Positions 1-10,305 of a stretch of DNA of 64,000 nucleotides are shown piece after piece; the first letter of the stretch is position 1; each line of letters starts with the position of its first letter. The notes below the pieces were generated by a model. That model was not told where the DNA came from and searched no databases. It was given only the letters and a program-made list of their open reading frames with translations. The stretch covers positions 1,088,001 to 1,152,000 of the forward strand of contig CAVSDR010000003.1 in NCBI GenBank assembly GCA_963726745.1, written 5' to 3'. Both the position numbers and the translations under genes were made by a program. This stretch comes from an uncultured Verrucomicrobiae bacterium. Its GTDB lineage: Bacteria > Verrucomicrobiota > Verrucomicrobiia > Chthoniobacterales > UBA10450.

Positions 1-1
1 A

Positions 2-694
2 CTCTTCGCCGCGCGGGCGGAGATCGAGCTCGAGCGTCCAGGCCGACGGATCCTGATGCGCCAGGAACCAGTAACTCTCCGCGATCTGCGCCGGATCAAG
101 CCGCGGCTCCTTCGCCTCCGGCTCATCGCCGATGATGCCGTCGATGAGCACATGCGCGACGTGGATGCCTTGCGGCCAAAGTTCGCGCGCGAGCGCCTGC
201 GTCAGGCCGCGCAGGGCAAACTTCGCACTGCTAAACGCGAGCCAGCCGCCGCCGCGCACGCTGGAGGTGGCGCCGGTGAAAAGGATCGCGCCCGTTTTTG
301 CCTGCAACATGTCGGGCACGGTCGCCTGCGCGGCGACAAACGCCCCCAGCGCCGCGATGCGCCAGGATTGCTCGAAGTTTTCCGGCGTGGTCCCGAGGAG
401 ACCGTCGCCGGAGGAATCGCTCGCGTTGTGGATCAAGAGATCGATTGGGCCAAGCGCGGTTCGGATCTGCTCGACCGCCAGCCGCACCTGCGCCGGATCG
501 CTCACATCGGCGGCCACGCCGAAAGCTTCGCCACCGTCGTGCGAGAGCTCGCGCGCGAGCTCATCGATGAAGTCGCGGCTGCGCGCGACTAACCCAAGCT
601 TGTAGCCGCCACGCGCGAAGCGGCGGGCCAGCGCCGCGCCGAGGCCAGGCCCGACTCCAGTGATCAAGGCGATGCGCGCAGGGGACGTGGTCAT
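2..694 (-). CDS. SDR family NAD(P)-dependent oxidoreductase (3' end runs off window)
   Basis: Not in the ORF track because no stop falls in the window. Manual translation from ATG 694 gives MTTSPARIALITGVGPGLGAALARRFARGGY...LIHNA...FTGATSSVRG...FSSAKFALRGL, a Rossmann TGxGxGxG motif. Confidence 0.88.
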   Translation of the reverse strand, partial: MTTSPARIALITGVGPGLGAALARRFARGGYKLGLVARSRDFIDELARELSHDGGEAFGVAADVSDPAQVRLAVEQIRTALGPIDLLIHNASDSSGDGLLGTTPENFEQSWRIAALGAFVAAQATVPDMLQAKTGAILFTGATSSVRGGGWLAFSSAKFALRGLTQALARELWPQGIHVAHVLIDGIIGDEPEAKEPRLDPAQIAESYWFLAHQDPSAWTLELDLRPRGEE

Positions 695-703
695 ACCGCA
701 GCT

Positions 704-2041
704 TCACCCGCGCAGCGGCGGCTGGCGTGCACTTTTCGCGCGGTTCCAAAACGCCGCGCCCGCCCAGAGAAGCGCGAGCAGGAAAACGAAAGCGCACCAG
801 CTCGCGCCGCTGACCGCGCGCCATTGCCGGAGCGCGGCGCGCCAGCCGAGGCTGCCGAGCGGAAAGGAAAGGCCGGCGAGCATGAGGAGCATGCCGCCCG
901 CGAGCAGCCAGCGCTCGCGCCGCGCGGAGATGTGGAACAGCGCCAGCGCGACGGCGTAGACGATCACCAGCAAGATCATGTGCCGCGAGGTGGTTTGCGG
1001 GCTGAAGGCGAGCGCAAAAAAGATGAGTGTGGACCACTCAAGCGCCGCGAGTCCGCGCGCAGAAGTTGCCGGCAAATTCTCCGCCCGGGCGAAGAGCGGC
1101 AGCCCGCACCTGCGTGCGACCACCAGAAAAATAGCCAGCAAGATGACCAGGAGCGCGGCGGCGAGGGCCACGCCCACGGCATCGGAGAGCGCATGCGTGC
1201 GCGTATAGCGGAAGATCGCGGAGGTGAGCGAGATCGACCGCGCCCAGTCGACATGGAGGATTTGCGCGCCAGCCGACGCCGCCACCGGCAGGCCAAACAT
1301 CCGCCCCAGCCCGCCAAAGGCCGCGCCGAGATTTGCCCGCAGCGGCTGGACGCCGAGCTGGAGCGCCGGGAGCGCGAGGAAAAAAACGAAGGCGGCGCAG
1401 GAAGCCGCGGCTGCGCGATAACGCCGGGTCCAGAGGAAGTAAGGCACGGAGATGAGGCTCAGGTATTTGATGTTTGCCACCAGGCCGAGCGCGATTCCGG
1501 CAAGGCCGGGCCGCCGCTCCATCCAGCGCAAGCCGCAGACAAAACCGAGCAGCATCAGCCCGTCGGTTTGGCCAAGGGTGAACATCGCGTGCACCTTGTC
1601 GGCCACGAAAAGCAGCGCGAGCGCCGCCACCCGCCAAACCACCGTCGTCGACGCGCCCGGGAGGAAGCGCTCCTGCGCCTCGCGCGCGCCGAGATGGAGC
1701 GCGAGCCCCACGATCGCAGCATTGGCCACGGCCCAAACCATGCCCGCGATTGTCTCTGGCAGGAGTGCGAGCGGTTGGAAGAAAAAGGCCAGGAACGGCG
1801 GATAGATATAACGTCCGCCCGCAGCCGCGTAGAGATCGCGCCCTTCCACGAGCGCGCGCGCGGCTTGGTGGAAATAGGCAAAGTCCTCCGTCTCCCCGGT
1901 CCGCCCGATTTCGTAGATCGCGTGCCCCGCGAAGGCGAGGAGCGCGAGGATGACGAAAGCACGAGCGAGCTGGAAACGTTGGTCGAATTCCAAGGCGCGG
2001 CGCATCGCGCCCAAGAGAAAGGGGAAGCTTTCCGGCGTCAA
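704..2041 (-). CDS. GT87/DUF2029-like polytopic membrane glycosyltransferase
   Basis: DFAYFHQAARAL..GRDLY....YIYPPFLAFFF, LGQTD, IKY motifs and many TM helices. The start may be 2005. Confidence 0.75.
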   Translation of the reverse strand: MTPESFPFLLGAMRRALEFDQRFQLARAFVILALLAFAGHAIYEIGRTGETEDFAYFHQAARALVEGRDLYAAAGGRYIYPPFLAFFFQPLALLPETIAGMVWAVANAAIVGLALHLGAREAQERFLPGASTTVVWRVAALALLFVADKVHAMFTLGQTDGLMLLGFVCGLRWMERRPGLAGIALGLVANIKYLSLISVPYFLWTRRYRAAAASCAAFVFFLALPALQLGVQPLRANLGAAFGGLGRMFGLPVAASAGAQILHVDWARSISLTSAIFRYTRTHALSDAVGVALAAALLVILLAIFLVVARRCGLPLFARAENLPATSARGLAALEWSTLIFFALAFSPQTTSRHMILLVIVYAVALALFHISARRERWLLAGGMLLMLAGLSFPLGSLGWRAALRQWRAVSGASWCAFVFLLALLWAGAAFWNRAKSARQPPLRG

Positions 2042-2139
2042 CCGGCGGGCACATTGACGCCCCGGCGGTTAGCCAGCAACTTGTGCCCTGGCCATGCAGT
2101 CGCATGCGCCCCTGCATTCAACCCCCGAAAAGGACCCCC

Positions 2140-2517
2140 ATGCCCATGAAACTGATCCTCCCATGCACCTTCCTCGCCGGCGCGGCCCTCGCGCTTACTG
2201 CCTGCGATAACAAAACTGCCGACTCTCTCAAGGCGAAGGCCGAGGAAGCCAAGCAAACCGTCCAAACCAAAACCACCGAGGCCAAGGAAGCAGCCGACAA
2301 GAAAATCGAGCAGGCCCGGGAGAAAGCGAAGGAAGCCGCGCCCGCGGCTGCAGCCGCATTCGACAAGATGGCCGAGACAGCGAAGGACGCCACGCACACC
2401 GCGGTCGAGAAAACCAAGGACGCGGCCGAGCACGCGGTCGAGAAGGTGAAGGACGCTGCGGACGGCGCGATGGGCACCGGCAGCACGCCTGGGCCGACGA
2501 CCACGCCCTCGCCGTAG
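2140..2517 (+). CDS. Small Ala/Lys/Glu-rich lipoprotein (LEA-like helical repeats)
   Basis: AAAGGA RBS upstream, lipobox LALTAC, repeated AVEK(T/V)KDAA units. Confidence 0.75.
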   Translation: MPMKLILPCTFLAGAALALTACDNKTADSLKAKAEEAKQTVQTKTTEAKEAADKKIEQAREKAKEAAPAAAAAFDKMAETAKDATHTAVEKTKDAAEHAVEKVKDAADGAMGTGSTPGPTTTPSP

Positions 2518-2719
2518 CTCTGCTCCGGCAGACGGTCGCTGCGCTCAAGCCTTTGTCCGGATGGTTCCCGGCAAAGGATGGCACATCGGCGCATCTTAGA
2601 TCACCGCCTGACCTGCTGGCGCTTAAGGAGAGTCTGCGCGGTGCCGCTCGGATCGCGCCCGCCTTGCGAAGCGAAACCCTTTGGTTCACTGGCATGGAAG
2701 ATGGTCATACCCCAGGCCA

Positions 2720-3304
2720 ATGAAAAAATTTGTCTTCTCCCTTGTTATCGCCACCACCCTGGCCCTGGCCCAGGCGCAAGCTGCGGTGGAATTCTTTAAC
2801 GTCACCTGGTCGGGCGCGACCAATGGCAACACGGCCAGCGCCTTCGCAATCATGGGGATTGATACCGCGGCGATCCCGAATGCAGGTTCTTATATTGAGC
2901 GCAACCAAATGCCCGCATGGCTCGACAGCGTGACGCTTACCATCACCGGAGCGACCACCGGGAATGGGACCTTTACCCTGGCGGATTTTGAAGGCATTTA
3001 CTGGAACACCAGCACTGGAGTATTGGATTTCAGCCAGGAGTTAGTGGGGCAAGTTGTCGGGGGGCAGCCTTGGGGTTTTGATGGCATCTCGTCCAATGGT
3101 GATTTCAATCTCTTTCCGGCAGCTGGTTCTTCGACCGCGCCGCGCGGTGTCGGTCCCTTTATGCTCGCAGCCGATGGGGGCGGGGGCGACGCCATGAGAC
3201 TGACTTCCTTTGCTCCTGTGCCCGAGCCACAGACCTATGCCTTGTTCGCCGCAGGCGTGGTCGCGGTCTTGCTCTTCCGTCGGCGGAAGGCCCAGAGCTG
3301 CTAG
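2720..3304 (+). CDS. PEP-CTERM sorting domain protein
   Basis: Signal peptide MKKFVFSLVIATTLALAQAQA; C-terminal VPEPQTYALFAAGVVAVLLFRRRK. Confidence 0.9.
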   Translation: MKKFVFSLVIATTLALAQAQAAVEFFNVTWSGATNGNTASAFAIMGIDTAAIPNAGSYIERNQMPAWLDSVTLTITGATTGNGTFTLADFEGIYWNTSTGVLDFSQELVGQVVGGQPWGFDGISSNGDFNLFPAAGSSTAPRGVGPFMLAADGGGGDAMRLTSFAPVPEPQTYALFAAGVVAVLLFRRRKAQSC

Positions 3305-3403
3305 ACCTTTCGAGGTTTCGCGGAGTCGACGGCGTCCGGTTCCCTCCGGACGCCGTTGTCGTTTTCGGGGCGACATCGGGCGGGAGCGCGCTGAAGTTGT
3401 CGG

Positions 3404-4174
3404 ATGTTCTTCCGCACGCAGGCCCTGGTTGTTGCCGTCTCTCTTGGGTTGGTGTTCTCCGCCGTGGCGCAACTCGAGCCCGCGCTCCAGGCACACGGCG
3501 GGCTCGCGAAGTGGCAGAGCTATGGCGGGGTCGAGTTCGACCTGAAGTGGACTTCCGCCCGCGGCACGAAACAGGATCACCAGCTCTTCGATCTGCACAC
3601 CCGCGATGGCTTGATCACGAGCGCCAAGTATTCGTTAGGGGCGCACCAGGGAAATGTCTGGGTGCAGCCGAATGCGGCCGCGCTCGGGGGCACGCCGCCA
3701 CGGTTCTACCTTTGGACGCCGTTCTACTTCTTCGGCATGCCGTTCGTCTTTGCCGATCCGGGCGCGATCCTGGAGCCGCTGGGTAAGAAGAGTTTCCAGG
3801 GTGCGGAATACAACGCGGTCAAAATCAGCTTCCGGAAAGGCACGGGCGACACGCCGGACGATTTCTACGTGGCTTACTTCGACGCGCAGAGCGGGCAGCT
3901 GAAATTAGCCAGCTACATCGTGACTTATCCGGCGCTGCGCAAAGGCAAGCCGGTCGAAGAACTGGAGCAGCACGCGATCGTCTTCCACGAGTGGCAGGAG
4001 GTGGACGGCCTGCGTGTGCCGAAGCTGGCGCCGTTCTATCTTTGGAAGGACGAGACCATCGAGGGCGAGCCGCTCGGCACGCTGGAGTTTTCGCAGGTGC
4101 ACTTCCTCCGGGAAGCGCCGGCAGCCGCGAAATTCGCCCCGCCGGAAGGCGCCGTTGCGTTGCCGCTCGAGTAG
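3404..4174 (+). CDS. Secreted hypothetical protein (DUF6503-like)
   Basis: Signal peptide, AHGGLAKW, FGMPFVFADPG and GTGDTPDDFYVAY motifs; typical codon usage. Confidence 0.65.
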   Translation: MFFRTQALVVAVSLGLVFSAVAQLEPALQAHGGLAKWQSYGGVEFDLKWTSARGTKQDHQLFDLHTRDGLITSAKYSLGAHQGNVWVQPNAAALGGTPPRFYLWTPFYFFGMPFVFADPGAILEPLGKKSFQGAEYNAVKISFRKGTGDTPDDFYVAYFDAQSGQLKLASYIVTYPALRKGKPVEELEQHAIVFHEWQEVDGLRVPKLAPFYLWKDETIEGEPLGTLEFSQVHFLREAPAAAKFAPPEGAVALPLE

Positions 4175-4231
4175 CCGGCGACTGGATCTTTTTGCGTCCA
4201 AACGAGGCCCGCGAGCGGACCTCTTGCACAT

Positions 4232-4777
4232 ATGAAACGATACCTAACTATTCCCGCACTCGTCCTCGGTTTGAGCGCGGCCGTCGCCTTTGCCGCAGAG
4301 AACCCGAAGGTCGGCGGCGCCGAGATGTCTCCGCAAAAGAACATCGTCGAAAACGCCAGCAACTCGAAGGACCACACCACCCTCGTGGCCGCGGTCAAAG
4401 CCGCCGGTCTCGTCGAGACTCTCTCGGGCAAGGGACCTTTCACGGTCTTCGCGCCGACGAATGAGGCCTTCGAAAAACTGCCCGCTGGCACCGTGGACAC
4501 GCTGGTGAAACCAGAGAACAAGAAGAAGCTTACCGGCATTCTTACCTACCATGTCGTCCCGGGTAACGTGACCGCGGAGAAGCTCATGGCCGAGATCAAG
4601 GCTGGCAGCGGCAAGGCTGAACTCAAGACCGTCAACGGCGAGAAGCTGACCGCGATGATGGAAGGCAAGAACGTCGAATTGAAGGATGCCAAGGGTGGCA
4701 CTGCCAAGGTGACGATCGCCGACGTGAAGCAGAGTAATGGTGTGATCCACGTGATCGACACCGTTTTGATGCCGTAA
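4232..4777 (+). CDS. Fasciclin (FAS1) domain secreted protein
   Basis: TLVAAVKAAGLVETL.GKGPFTVFAPTNEAF, LTYHVVPG, SNGVIHVIDTVLMP. Confidence 0.95.
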   Translation: MKRYLTIPALVLGLSAAVAFAAENPKVGGAEMSPQKNIVENASNSKDHTTLVAAVKAAGLVETLSGKGPFTVFAPTNEAFEKLPAGTVDTLVKPENKKKLTGILTYHVVPGNVTAEKLMAEIKAGSGKAELKTVNGEKLTAMMEGKNVELKDAKGGTAKVTIADVKQSNGVIHVIDTVLMP

Positions 4778-4852
4778 TTTCCGAAGTTGGTGGATGGGCA
4801 GGCGCGAGTGGGCACAGACACAGCCACTCGCGCCTTGCTTGTCGATTCTAGT

Positions 4853-4882
4853 GGGAGCCGCAAGCGCGTGGCTCCTTTTTTT
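4853..4882 (+). terminator. Intrinsic terminator after fasciclin gene
   Basis: GGAGCC-GC...GTGGCTCC stem followed by a T run. A second hairpin (GGCGCGAGTGG...CCACTCGCGCC) lies at about 4801-4835. Confidence 0.7.
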
Positions 4883-4893
4883 GTGCCTGGCAG

Positions 4894-5466
4894 ATGATTG
4901 ATCCCTCGCAACAGCAGGCCGACCGCCTTTTGATGAGTCGGGTGGCTGCGGGAGACCAGGCGGCTTTCAGCGCGCTTTACGATCGTTTAAGCGGCCCGCT
5001 GTATTCGCTCGCCTACGAGATGCTGGGCGATGCGACCGAAGCGGAGGACGCGCTCCAGGAGGTGTCGCTGCAAATCTGGCGCCGCGCGCCAAGTTATGAT
5101 GCCGCGCGTAGTGCCGTCTTTACCTGGGCGGTTATGCTCACGCGCTCGAAAGCGATCGATCGCCTGCGCGCGCGCGGCCGGCGCCAGCGGATTGTGGCCG
5201 GCTCAATCGATGAGGAGAGCAGCACGCATCGCGAGCTTGCGTCCACCGAGGCGGATGCGGCGGACCACAGTGAGATCAAAGACGAAGCTTTGCGGGTGCG
5301 CTCGGCTCTGCGCACCCTTTCTGGCGAGCAGCGCCAGGCGATCGAGTTGGCTTTCTTCAGCGAAATGACCCATGCGGAAATCGCCGAGGAAAATGGCGAA
5401 CCACTGGGCACGGTAAAGGCGAGGATTCGCCGGGGATTGCTTCGTTTGCGGGATGGCTTGAAATGA
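4894..5466 (+). CDS. ECF RNA polymerase sigma factor (SigK-like)
   Basis: Region 2 AEDALQEVSLQIW...TRSKAIDRLR; region 4 MTHAEIAE...PLGTVKARIRRGL. Confidence 0.93.
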   Translation: MIDPSQQQADRLLMSRVAAGDQAAFSALYDRLSGPLYSLAYEMLGDATEAEDALQEVSLQIWRRAPSYDAARSAVFTWAVMLTRSKAIDRLRARGRRQRIVAGSIDEESSTHRELASTEADAADHSEIKDEALRVRSALRTLSGEQRQAIELAFFSEMTHAEIAEENGEPLGTVKARIRRGLLRLRDGLK

Positions 5467-6237
5467 TTTCCGAGGAACAACAGGACCAGGCATCCCTCTA
5501 CGCGCTCGACTCGTTAGGCGCGGAGGAGCGGTCTGCCTTCGAGCAGGAGCTGGCGGGGAACGCCGAGCTCCAGACGCTCGTGCGCGAACTGCGGGAGAGC
5601 GTGGCCGCGCTGGCTTTCACGGTGCCGCCTCGGGTACCAGCACCAGCGCTGAAGGCGCGCATCCTGGCACAGCTCGCTGGGGAAAATCCGCGCGCGGAAA
5701 TCTCAAATGTCATCCGCCCGCCGGTGTCCGCGTTCCGCACTTGGATTCCATGGGCCATCGCTGCGGCGCTCCTAATTTTTTGCGGGCGGCTCGCGCTCGA
5801 GCGCGCGGCACTTAGGCAGCAACTGGATGCGGAACACGCCGCCCTGGCCGCGGCCACGCCGGCTCCGACGCCGGTGCCCGTGCCGGTTGCAACGCCGGCG
5901 CCGCCAGTGCTCGTCGCGCTCGCACCCGCGGAAGGTGGGCCAGCCAAAGCCCAGGCGGTGGTCGCCTGGAACCCGGCGCAGCAGACGGGCATTATTCGCA
6001 TCAGCCACATGCCCACGCCCGGTGTGGGTCACGACTACCAGCTTTGGGCCGTCGACGCGGCGCATAAGGATCCAATCAGCGCCGGGGTCGTGCGAGTAAA
6101 CGCCGACGGCACCGCGCAGGTGGAGTTTAAGCCGGTGCAAAGCGCGGCCGAGGTGAAGGCGTTTGCTATCAGCCTCGAGCGCGAGGGCGGTGCTCCTTCC
6201 AAAGAAGGCCCCATCCTGCTCGTCGGGTACTGCCTAG
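5463..6237 (+). CDS. Anti-sigma factor, RskA-like (true stop probably TAG 6235-6237 after an apparent +1 indel)
   Basis: Overlaps the sigma stop (ATGA). LYALDSL..EE N-terminus, TM helix, DYQLWAV and AFAISLEREGG C-terminal RskA motifs. Confidence 0.85.
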
Positions 6238-6268
6238 GTTACCCTGCCTCGCTCCGGAGGCCTGCGAG

Positions 6269-6306
6269 TTCACCTGATTGTCACTTTGACGCCACTGCGG
6301 CGTCAC
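6269..6306 (+). promoter_or_regulatory. Pho-box-like array: four 11-bp-spaced half-sites
   Basis: TTCAC(6269), GTCAC(6280), GCCAC(6291), GTCAC(6302) upstream of porin-pstS. Confidence 0.75.
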
Positions 6307-6396
6307 AATGTGCTGCCAGTTTCGCTGAGAGAAACAACTGGGCGGCTCTGCTGCTCATCTCGCCGGCTAAACCTCCGGCGCCTCCAGGAGAAACCA

Positions 6397-7872
6397 ATGT
6401 TCAGCACCAAAATTCTTTTCGCCACGCTCGCTGTGAGCGTCTTGCTAGGAACGGTCGCCGCCCGAGCCCAGGACGCCGGCGCCTTGCTCGATCTGCTCGT
6501 TAAGAAACGCCTCATCACCGACCAGGAAGCGGAAGAAGTGCGCGGCGAACTCTCGAAAGAAGCCGCCGGCACTTCTGCCGGCAAATTGAAGCTTTCCTCG
6601 CCGATCACTGAAGTCGAAATCTACGGCGATGTCCGGACGCGCTACGAAATCCGCACCGCCGAGACGGGCACGCCGGACCTGATCAACCGCGCGGGCGACA
6701 ATACCCAGCGCAATCGCGCCCGCTACCGTCTGCGGCTCGGGATTCGCGGCACCCTGGCGGATGACTGGTTCTTTGGCCTGCGTCTGGAGACCAGCTCAAA
6801 CCCACGGTCGACTAACGTGACCATCGGCGACGATTCCGCCAATGGTCCTTACGCGAAGACCAACGACGGCGTGAACGTGGGCCAGGCCTACTTTGGCTAC
6901 AAAGGTTTCCGCGACGTCACCCTGACAGTTGGAAGAATGCCGAATCCGCTGATTACCACTTCGATGCTTTGGGATTCCGATATCAATCCCGAGGGCCTGG
7001 CGGAACAGTGGAAGCACACCTTCAATTTGAGCTATGGCGGCGGTGCCAGCGGAGCGACCTCCTATGATAAGGATGGCAAAGCCATGGCGGCAGTCGCCAG
7101 CGAGCCGCATAAGCTGTCGATCGATGTCTTCGCTAATTTCGGGCAGTTTGTTTACGACGATTCCAATCCAGAAAATCCGGTAGGCCCAGCCCCGCGGGGA
7201 GTCCCCAACACTGATGCCTACCTCTTAGCCTGGCAGTTGGGGGCGAAGGTCAACTTCACCAAGGAGGTTTACCTCCAGTTCGCCCCGACCTTGTATAATT
7301 ATACTGGCAACGGCGACACCTTTAACACTCACTTCTCCGGCGATCCTAGTTTCCGCCGGGTTCCCGGTGGGCCGATCATTTCGCTGAACCAAACAGGGAT
7401 CAACAGTCTGTTGGTTTTCGATGTCCCGGCAGAATTCGGCTTCAAAGTGGGAGACATCCCGGTGCGCTTCTTTGGCGATTTCGCGACCAATCTCGAGGGT
7501 GACGCGCGCGCCGCCGCGGCGGGCCATCCGAATAAGGGCGACCAGCGGTATGCCTACCAGCTCGGCGTGGGCCTGGGGAAGGTCAAGGCGAAGCGGGACT
7601 GGGCCATCCAGGGCTTCTACCAGCATGTCGACCAATATGCGCTCGATCCAAACCTGGTGGACTCGGATCTCTTCGACAGCCGGGTTAACATGGAAGGCTT
7701 CGCGGTTTCCGGCTCCTACGCGGTTAGCGACGCCGTCACCTTCACCTTAACTTATGGCTACGGCACCCAAGCCGATCGCGACCTTGGCACTGGCGGTGTC
7801 GGCGATGCCTTTAGCATCAACCCGCTAAGAAAGTACAACATCTTCCAAGCCGATCTCAGCGTTAAGTTTTAG
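6397..7872 (+). CDS. Putative outer-membrane porin (phosphate-regulated)
   Basis: AGGAG RBS, signal peptide, LLDLLVKK.LIT..EA N-terminus, R.R.R.RLG strands, terminal Phe (LSVKF); upstream of pstS. Confidence 0.8.
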   Translation: MFSTKILFATLAVSVLLGTVAARAQDAGALLDLLVKKRLITDQEAEEVRGELSKEAAGTSAGKLKLSSPITEVEIYGDVRTRYEIRTAETGTPDLINRAGDNTQRNRARYRLRLGIRGTLADDWFFGLRLETSSNPRSTNVTIGDDSANGPYAKTNDGVNVGQAYFGYKGFRDVTLTVGRMPNPLITTSMLWDSDINPEGLAEQWKHTFNLSYGGGASGATSYDKDGKAMAAVASEPHKLSIDVFANFGQFVYDDSNPENPVGPAPRGVPNTDAYLLAWQLGAKVNFTKEVYLQFAPTLYNYTGNGDTFNTHFSGDPSFRRVPGGPIISLNQTGINSLLVFDVPAEFGFKVGDIPVRFFGDFATNLEGDARAAAAGHPNKGDQRYAYQLGVGLGKVKAKRDWAIQGFYQHVDQYALDPNLVDSDLFDSRVNMEGFAVSGSYAVSDAVTFTLTYGYGTQADRDLGTGGVGDAFSINPLRKYNIFQADLSVKF

Positions 7873-7912
7873 TCCCAGAGCACTCCAAGTAACCGAGAAA
7901 ATAAACTACCAT

Positions 7913-8725
7913 ATGAAATTAACATCCCTCGCACTCCTCGCTGGCCTGACGATGGCCGCAACCAGCGTCATGGCCGACCGTTTGGTCATTAAAGGTTCCG
8001 ATACCCTCGGCGCCAAGCTTGTCCCGCAACTGGCGGAACAGTTCAAGGCCCAAAACGCCAGCACCACCTTCGACATTGCCGCGGAAGGTTCCACTACCGG
8101 CATCGCCGCAATCATCGACGGGACCGCGCAGATTGGCATGGCCAGCCGCCGTGCGAAGCCGGCCGAGATCGCCGCGGCGACCGCGAAAGGGGTAAACATG
8201 AAGCCGACGATCGTGGCTTATGACGGCATCGCCGTCATCGTGAACGATAAGAATCCGCTGAAGGGCCTGACGAAGAAGCAGGTTGAATCGATCTTCACCG
8301 GCGATGTGACCGATTGGAGCGCAGTTGGCGGCACTCCCGGCAAGATCTCGATTTATACCCGCAACACTTCCTCGGGCACCTACTCCGACTTCAAGGAACT
8401 GGCGATGAAGAAGCGCGACTACGCCGGCACTTCGCAGAAGATGGCCGGGAACGAGCAAATCGCCTCGGAAGTAGGAAAGAATGCCAATGGCATTGGCTAC
8501 GTAGGATTGGCTTACGATAAAGCGCCGGGGGTGAAAGCGCTGCCTATTGACGGTAAAGCTCCGGCGGCCGCTTCAGTTCAGGATAAGTCCTATCCTTTTG
8601 CGCGCCCAACCTTCTATTACACCAATGGCGAGCCTGCGGGCGCGGCCAAGCAATTCGTCGACTTTACCCTCGGCGCGGAAGGTCAGAAGATTGTTTCGCA
8701 GGTTGGTTTTGTGCCGGTGAAGTAG
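7913..8725 (+). CDS. pstS: Phosphate ABC transporter substrate-binding protein
   Basis: IKGSDT, GSTTGIAA, GMASR, RNTSSGTY, YPFARP motifs. Confidence 0.93.
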   Translation: MKLTSLALLAGLTMAATSVMADRLVIKGSDTLGAKLVPQLAEQFKAQNASTTFDIAAEGSTTGIAAIIDGTAQIGMASRRAKPAEIAAATAKGVNMKPTIVAYDGIAVIVNDKNPLKGLTKKQVESIFTGDVTDWSAVGGTPGKISIYTRNTSSGTYSDFKELAMKKRDYAGTSQKMAGNEQIASEVGKNANGIGYVGLAYDKAPGVKALPIDGKAPAAASVQDKSYPFARPTFYYTNGEPAGAAKQFVDFTLGAEGQKIVSQVGFVPVK

Positions 8726-8745
8726 CCTAGCTCAAACCTAAGTTA

Positions 8746-8784
8746 CGGAAGCCCGCAGGAGTAATTCCCGCGGGCTTTTCCGTT
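8746..8784 (+). terminator. Hairpin/terminator after pstS
   Basis: GGAAGCCCGC-AGGA...TCCCGCGGGCTTTTCC inverted repeat. Confidence 0.65.
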
Positions 8785-8789
8785 AACTT

Positions 8790-8818
8790 TTGACGAACGC
8801 GAGCCTTCCCGCTAAAAG
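8790..8818 (+). promoter_or_regulatory. Sigma70-like promoter placing +1 near ATG 8824 (leaderless)
   Basis: TTGACG-N17-TAAAAG, ending 5 nt before the ATG. Confidence 0.5.
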
Positions 8819-8823
8819 CGGGG

Positions 8824-10275
8824 ATGCTTCACCGGGCCGTCGGCTTGTTCGTGCTGGTTGGGATGCTCGCGGCGCTGCCGCAACCGGGCGCCGCGGCCGA
8901 CGAGGGGGATCGCATTCGCGCACTCGAAAAAGCGGTGCAGCAACTTCAGCAACGTAACGCCGAGCTGGAACAGAAGGTCGAGCGGATGAACGCGAAGAGC
9001 AGCCCGTTCGCGCCCGTCTTCCCGCAAAGCGGAGACCAGGAAAGTGTCGCCTACTCCGGACAGCAAGTCGGTGGTTTTCAGCGCCCCGGAGGAGACCCCA
9101 CTCCCGGTCGACGTGCATCCGGGCGGCTCGGAATTCAAACTCACGCTCGGTGGTTATGTGCAGGCGAATTTCGAGACCGGCGACGTCTCCGCCTTTGAAG
9201 GCCGCTTCGGTGCGACCGCGCTGAAAGATCGTTTCCGGTTGCGCCGCGCGCGCCTCACGCTCCTGGGCGACTTCAAGGAAGACTTCGACTTCAAGGTCGA
9301 GGGCGACTTCGAGCAAAGCGACGCTGCGATCACGGCCCTGCGCACGGTCAACCTCGTCACCGGGGCGACAACGACTGTGACCAACTCCAACCGGGTCGAG
9401 TTTTCCGCGACCGACATTTTCGTGAACTGGCACCGCTTCGCGGAGATGAACGTGAAGCTCGGCCAGTACAAAGCGCCGTTTGGCTTGGAGAATCTCACGC
9501 CAGATACCCTGATCCTCACGATCGAACGCAGCCTGCCGACCGGTGCGGTCGTGCCGGAGCGCCAAATCGGCGTCATGCTCTGGGGCAAGCCGCTGGCGCA
9601 GCGTGCTTCCCGAACAGAAGGACCTGCTTGACCTATTACGCCGGGATCTACAACGGCAACGGCCGGAACTTCAACAACAACGACAACAATGAATTCATGT
9701 ATGTCGCGCGGCTCGAGCTCTTGCCGTGGAAAGGAAAGTTCCTGGGCCAGGAAGCTTCGCTGAAATTAGGCGGCGACTTCTTCTCCAGCCGGGACGACGC
9801 CGGCACCAACATCTCGCCCGGGCTGAACCTGCGCGTCAATGCCGATGGCTCGCTCAGCTCCTACGTGCTCACGACCGCAGCGGAGCGCACCAGCTACAGC
9901 CTCGATGCTTCGCTTAAGCTCGGGCCGTTTGATTTGATCGGGGAATACCTGCACGAAAACGTCGATGGCCGCCGGGTGAACAACGTCGCGCCGCTGGCGG
10001 ATTTCGCAGTGAGCGGTTGGTATCTCCAGGGCGCTTACTTCCTAATCCCAAAGAAACTCCAGGCCGTGGTGAAATGGGAATCGCTCGATCCCGGCCAGTT
10101 GCCGAATGACAGCCTGCATTCCCTGACCGGCGGCTTGAACTACTACATCCATGGAGACGGACTCAAGATTATGGCCGACTACGTGCACACCTGGTCGGAT
10201 TTCCGAGAAGCCAATCCGCGCTTCGGCGATGAGCAGTTTAACGAATTGCTCCTGCGGATGCAGGTGATGTTCTAG
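8824..10275 (+). CDS. OprO/OprP-like phosphate-selective porin (split by ~3 apparent +1 indels)
   Basis: Joined from ORFs 8824-9198, 9044-9631 and 9628-10275: signal peptide plus coiled coil, FRLRRARL, GQYKAPFGLE, TIERS, GLNYYIHG, terminal Phe. Confidence 0.8.
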
Positions 10276-10305
10276 GGCGCGGCAACCCCGCTGCGAGTCT
10301 GGCCG

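Noticed and set aside
6238..6503. C-terminal extension of the anti-sigma factor
   Set aside because: Read-through from an indel; the region holds the Pho-like boxes and the porin start.
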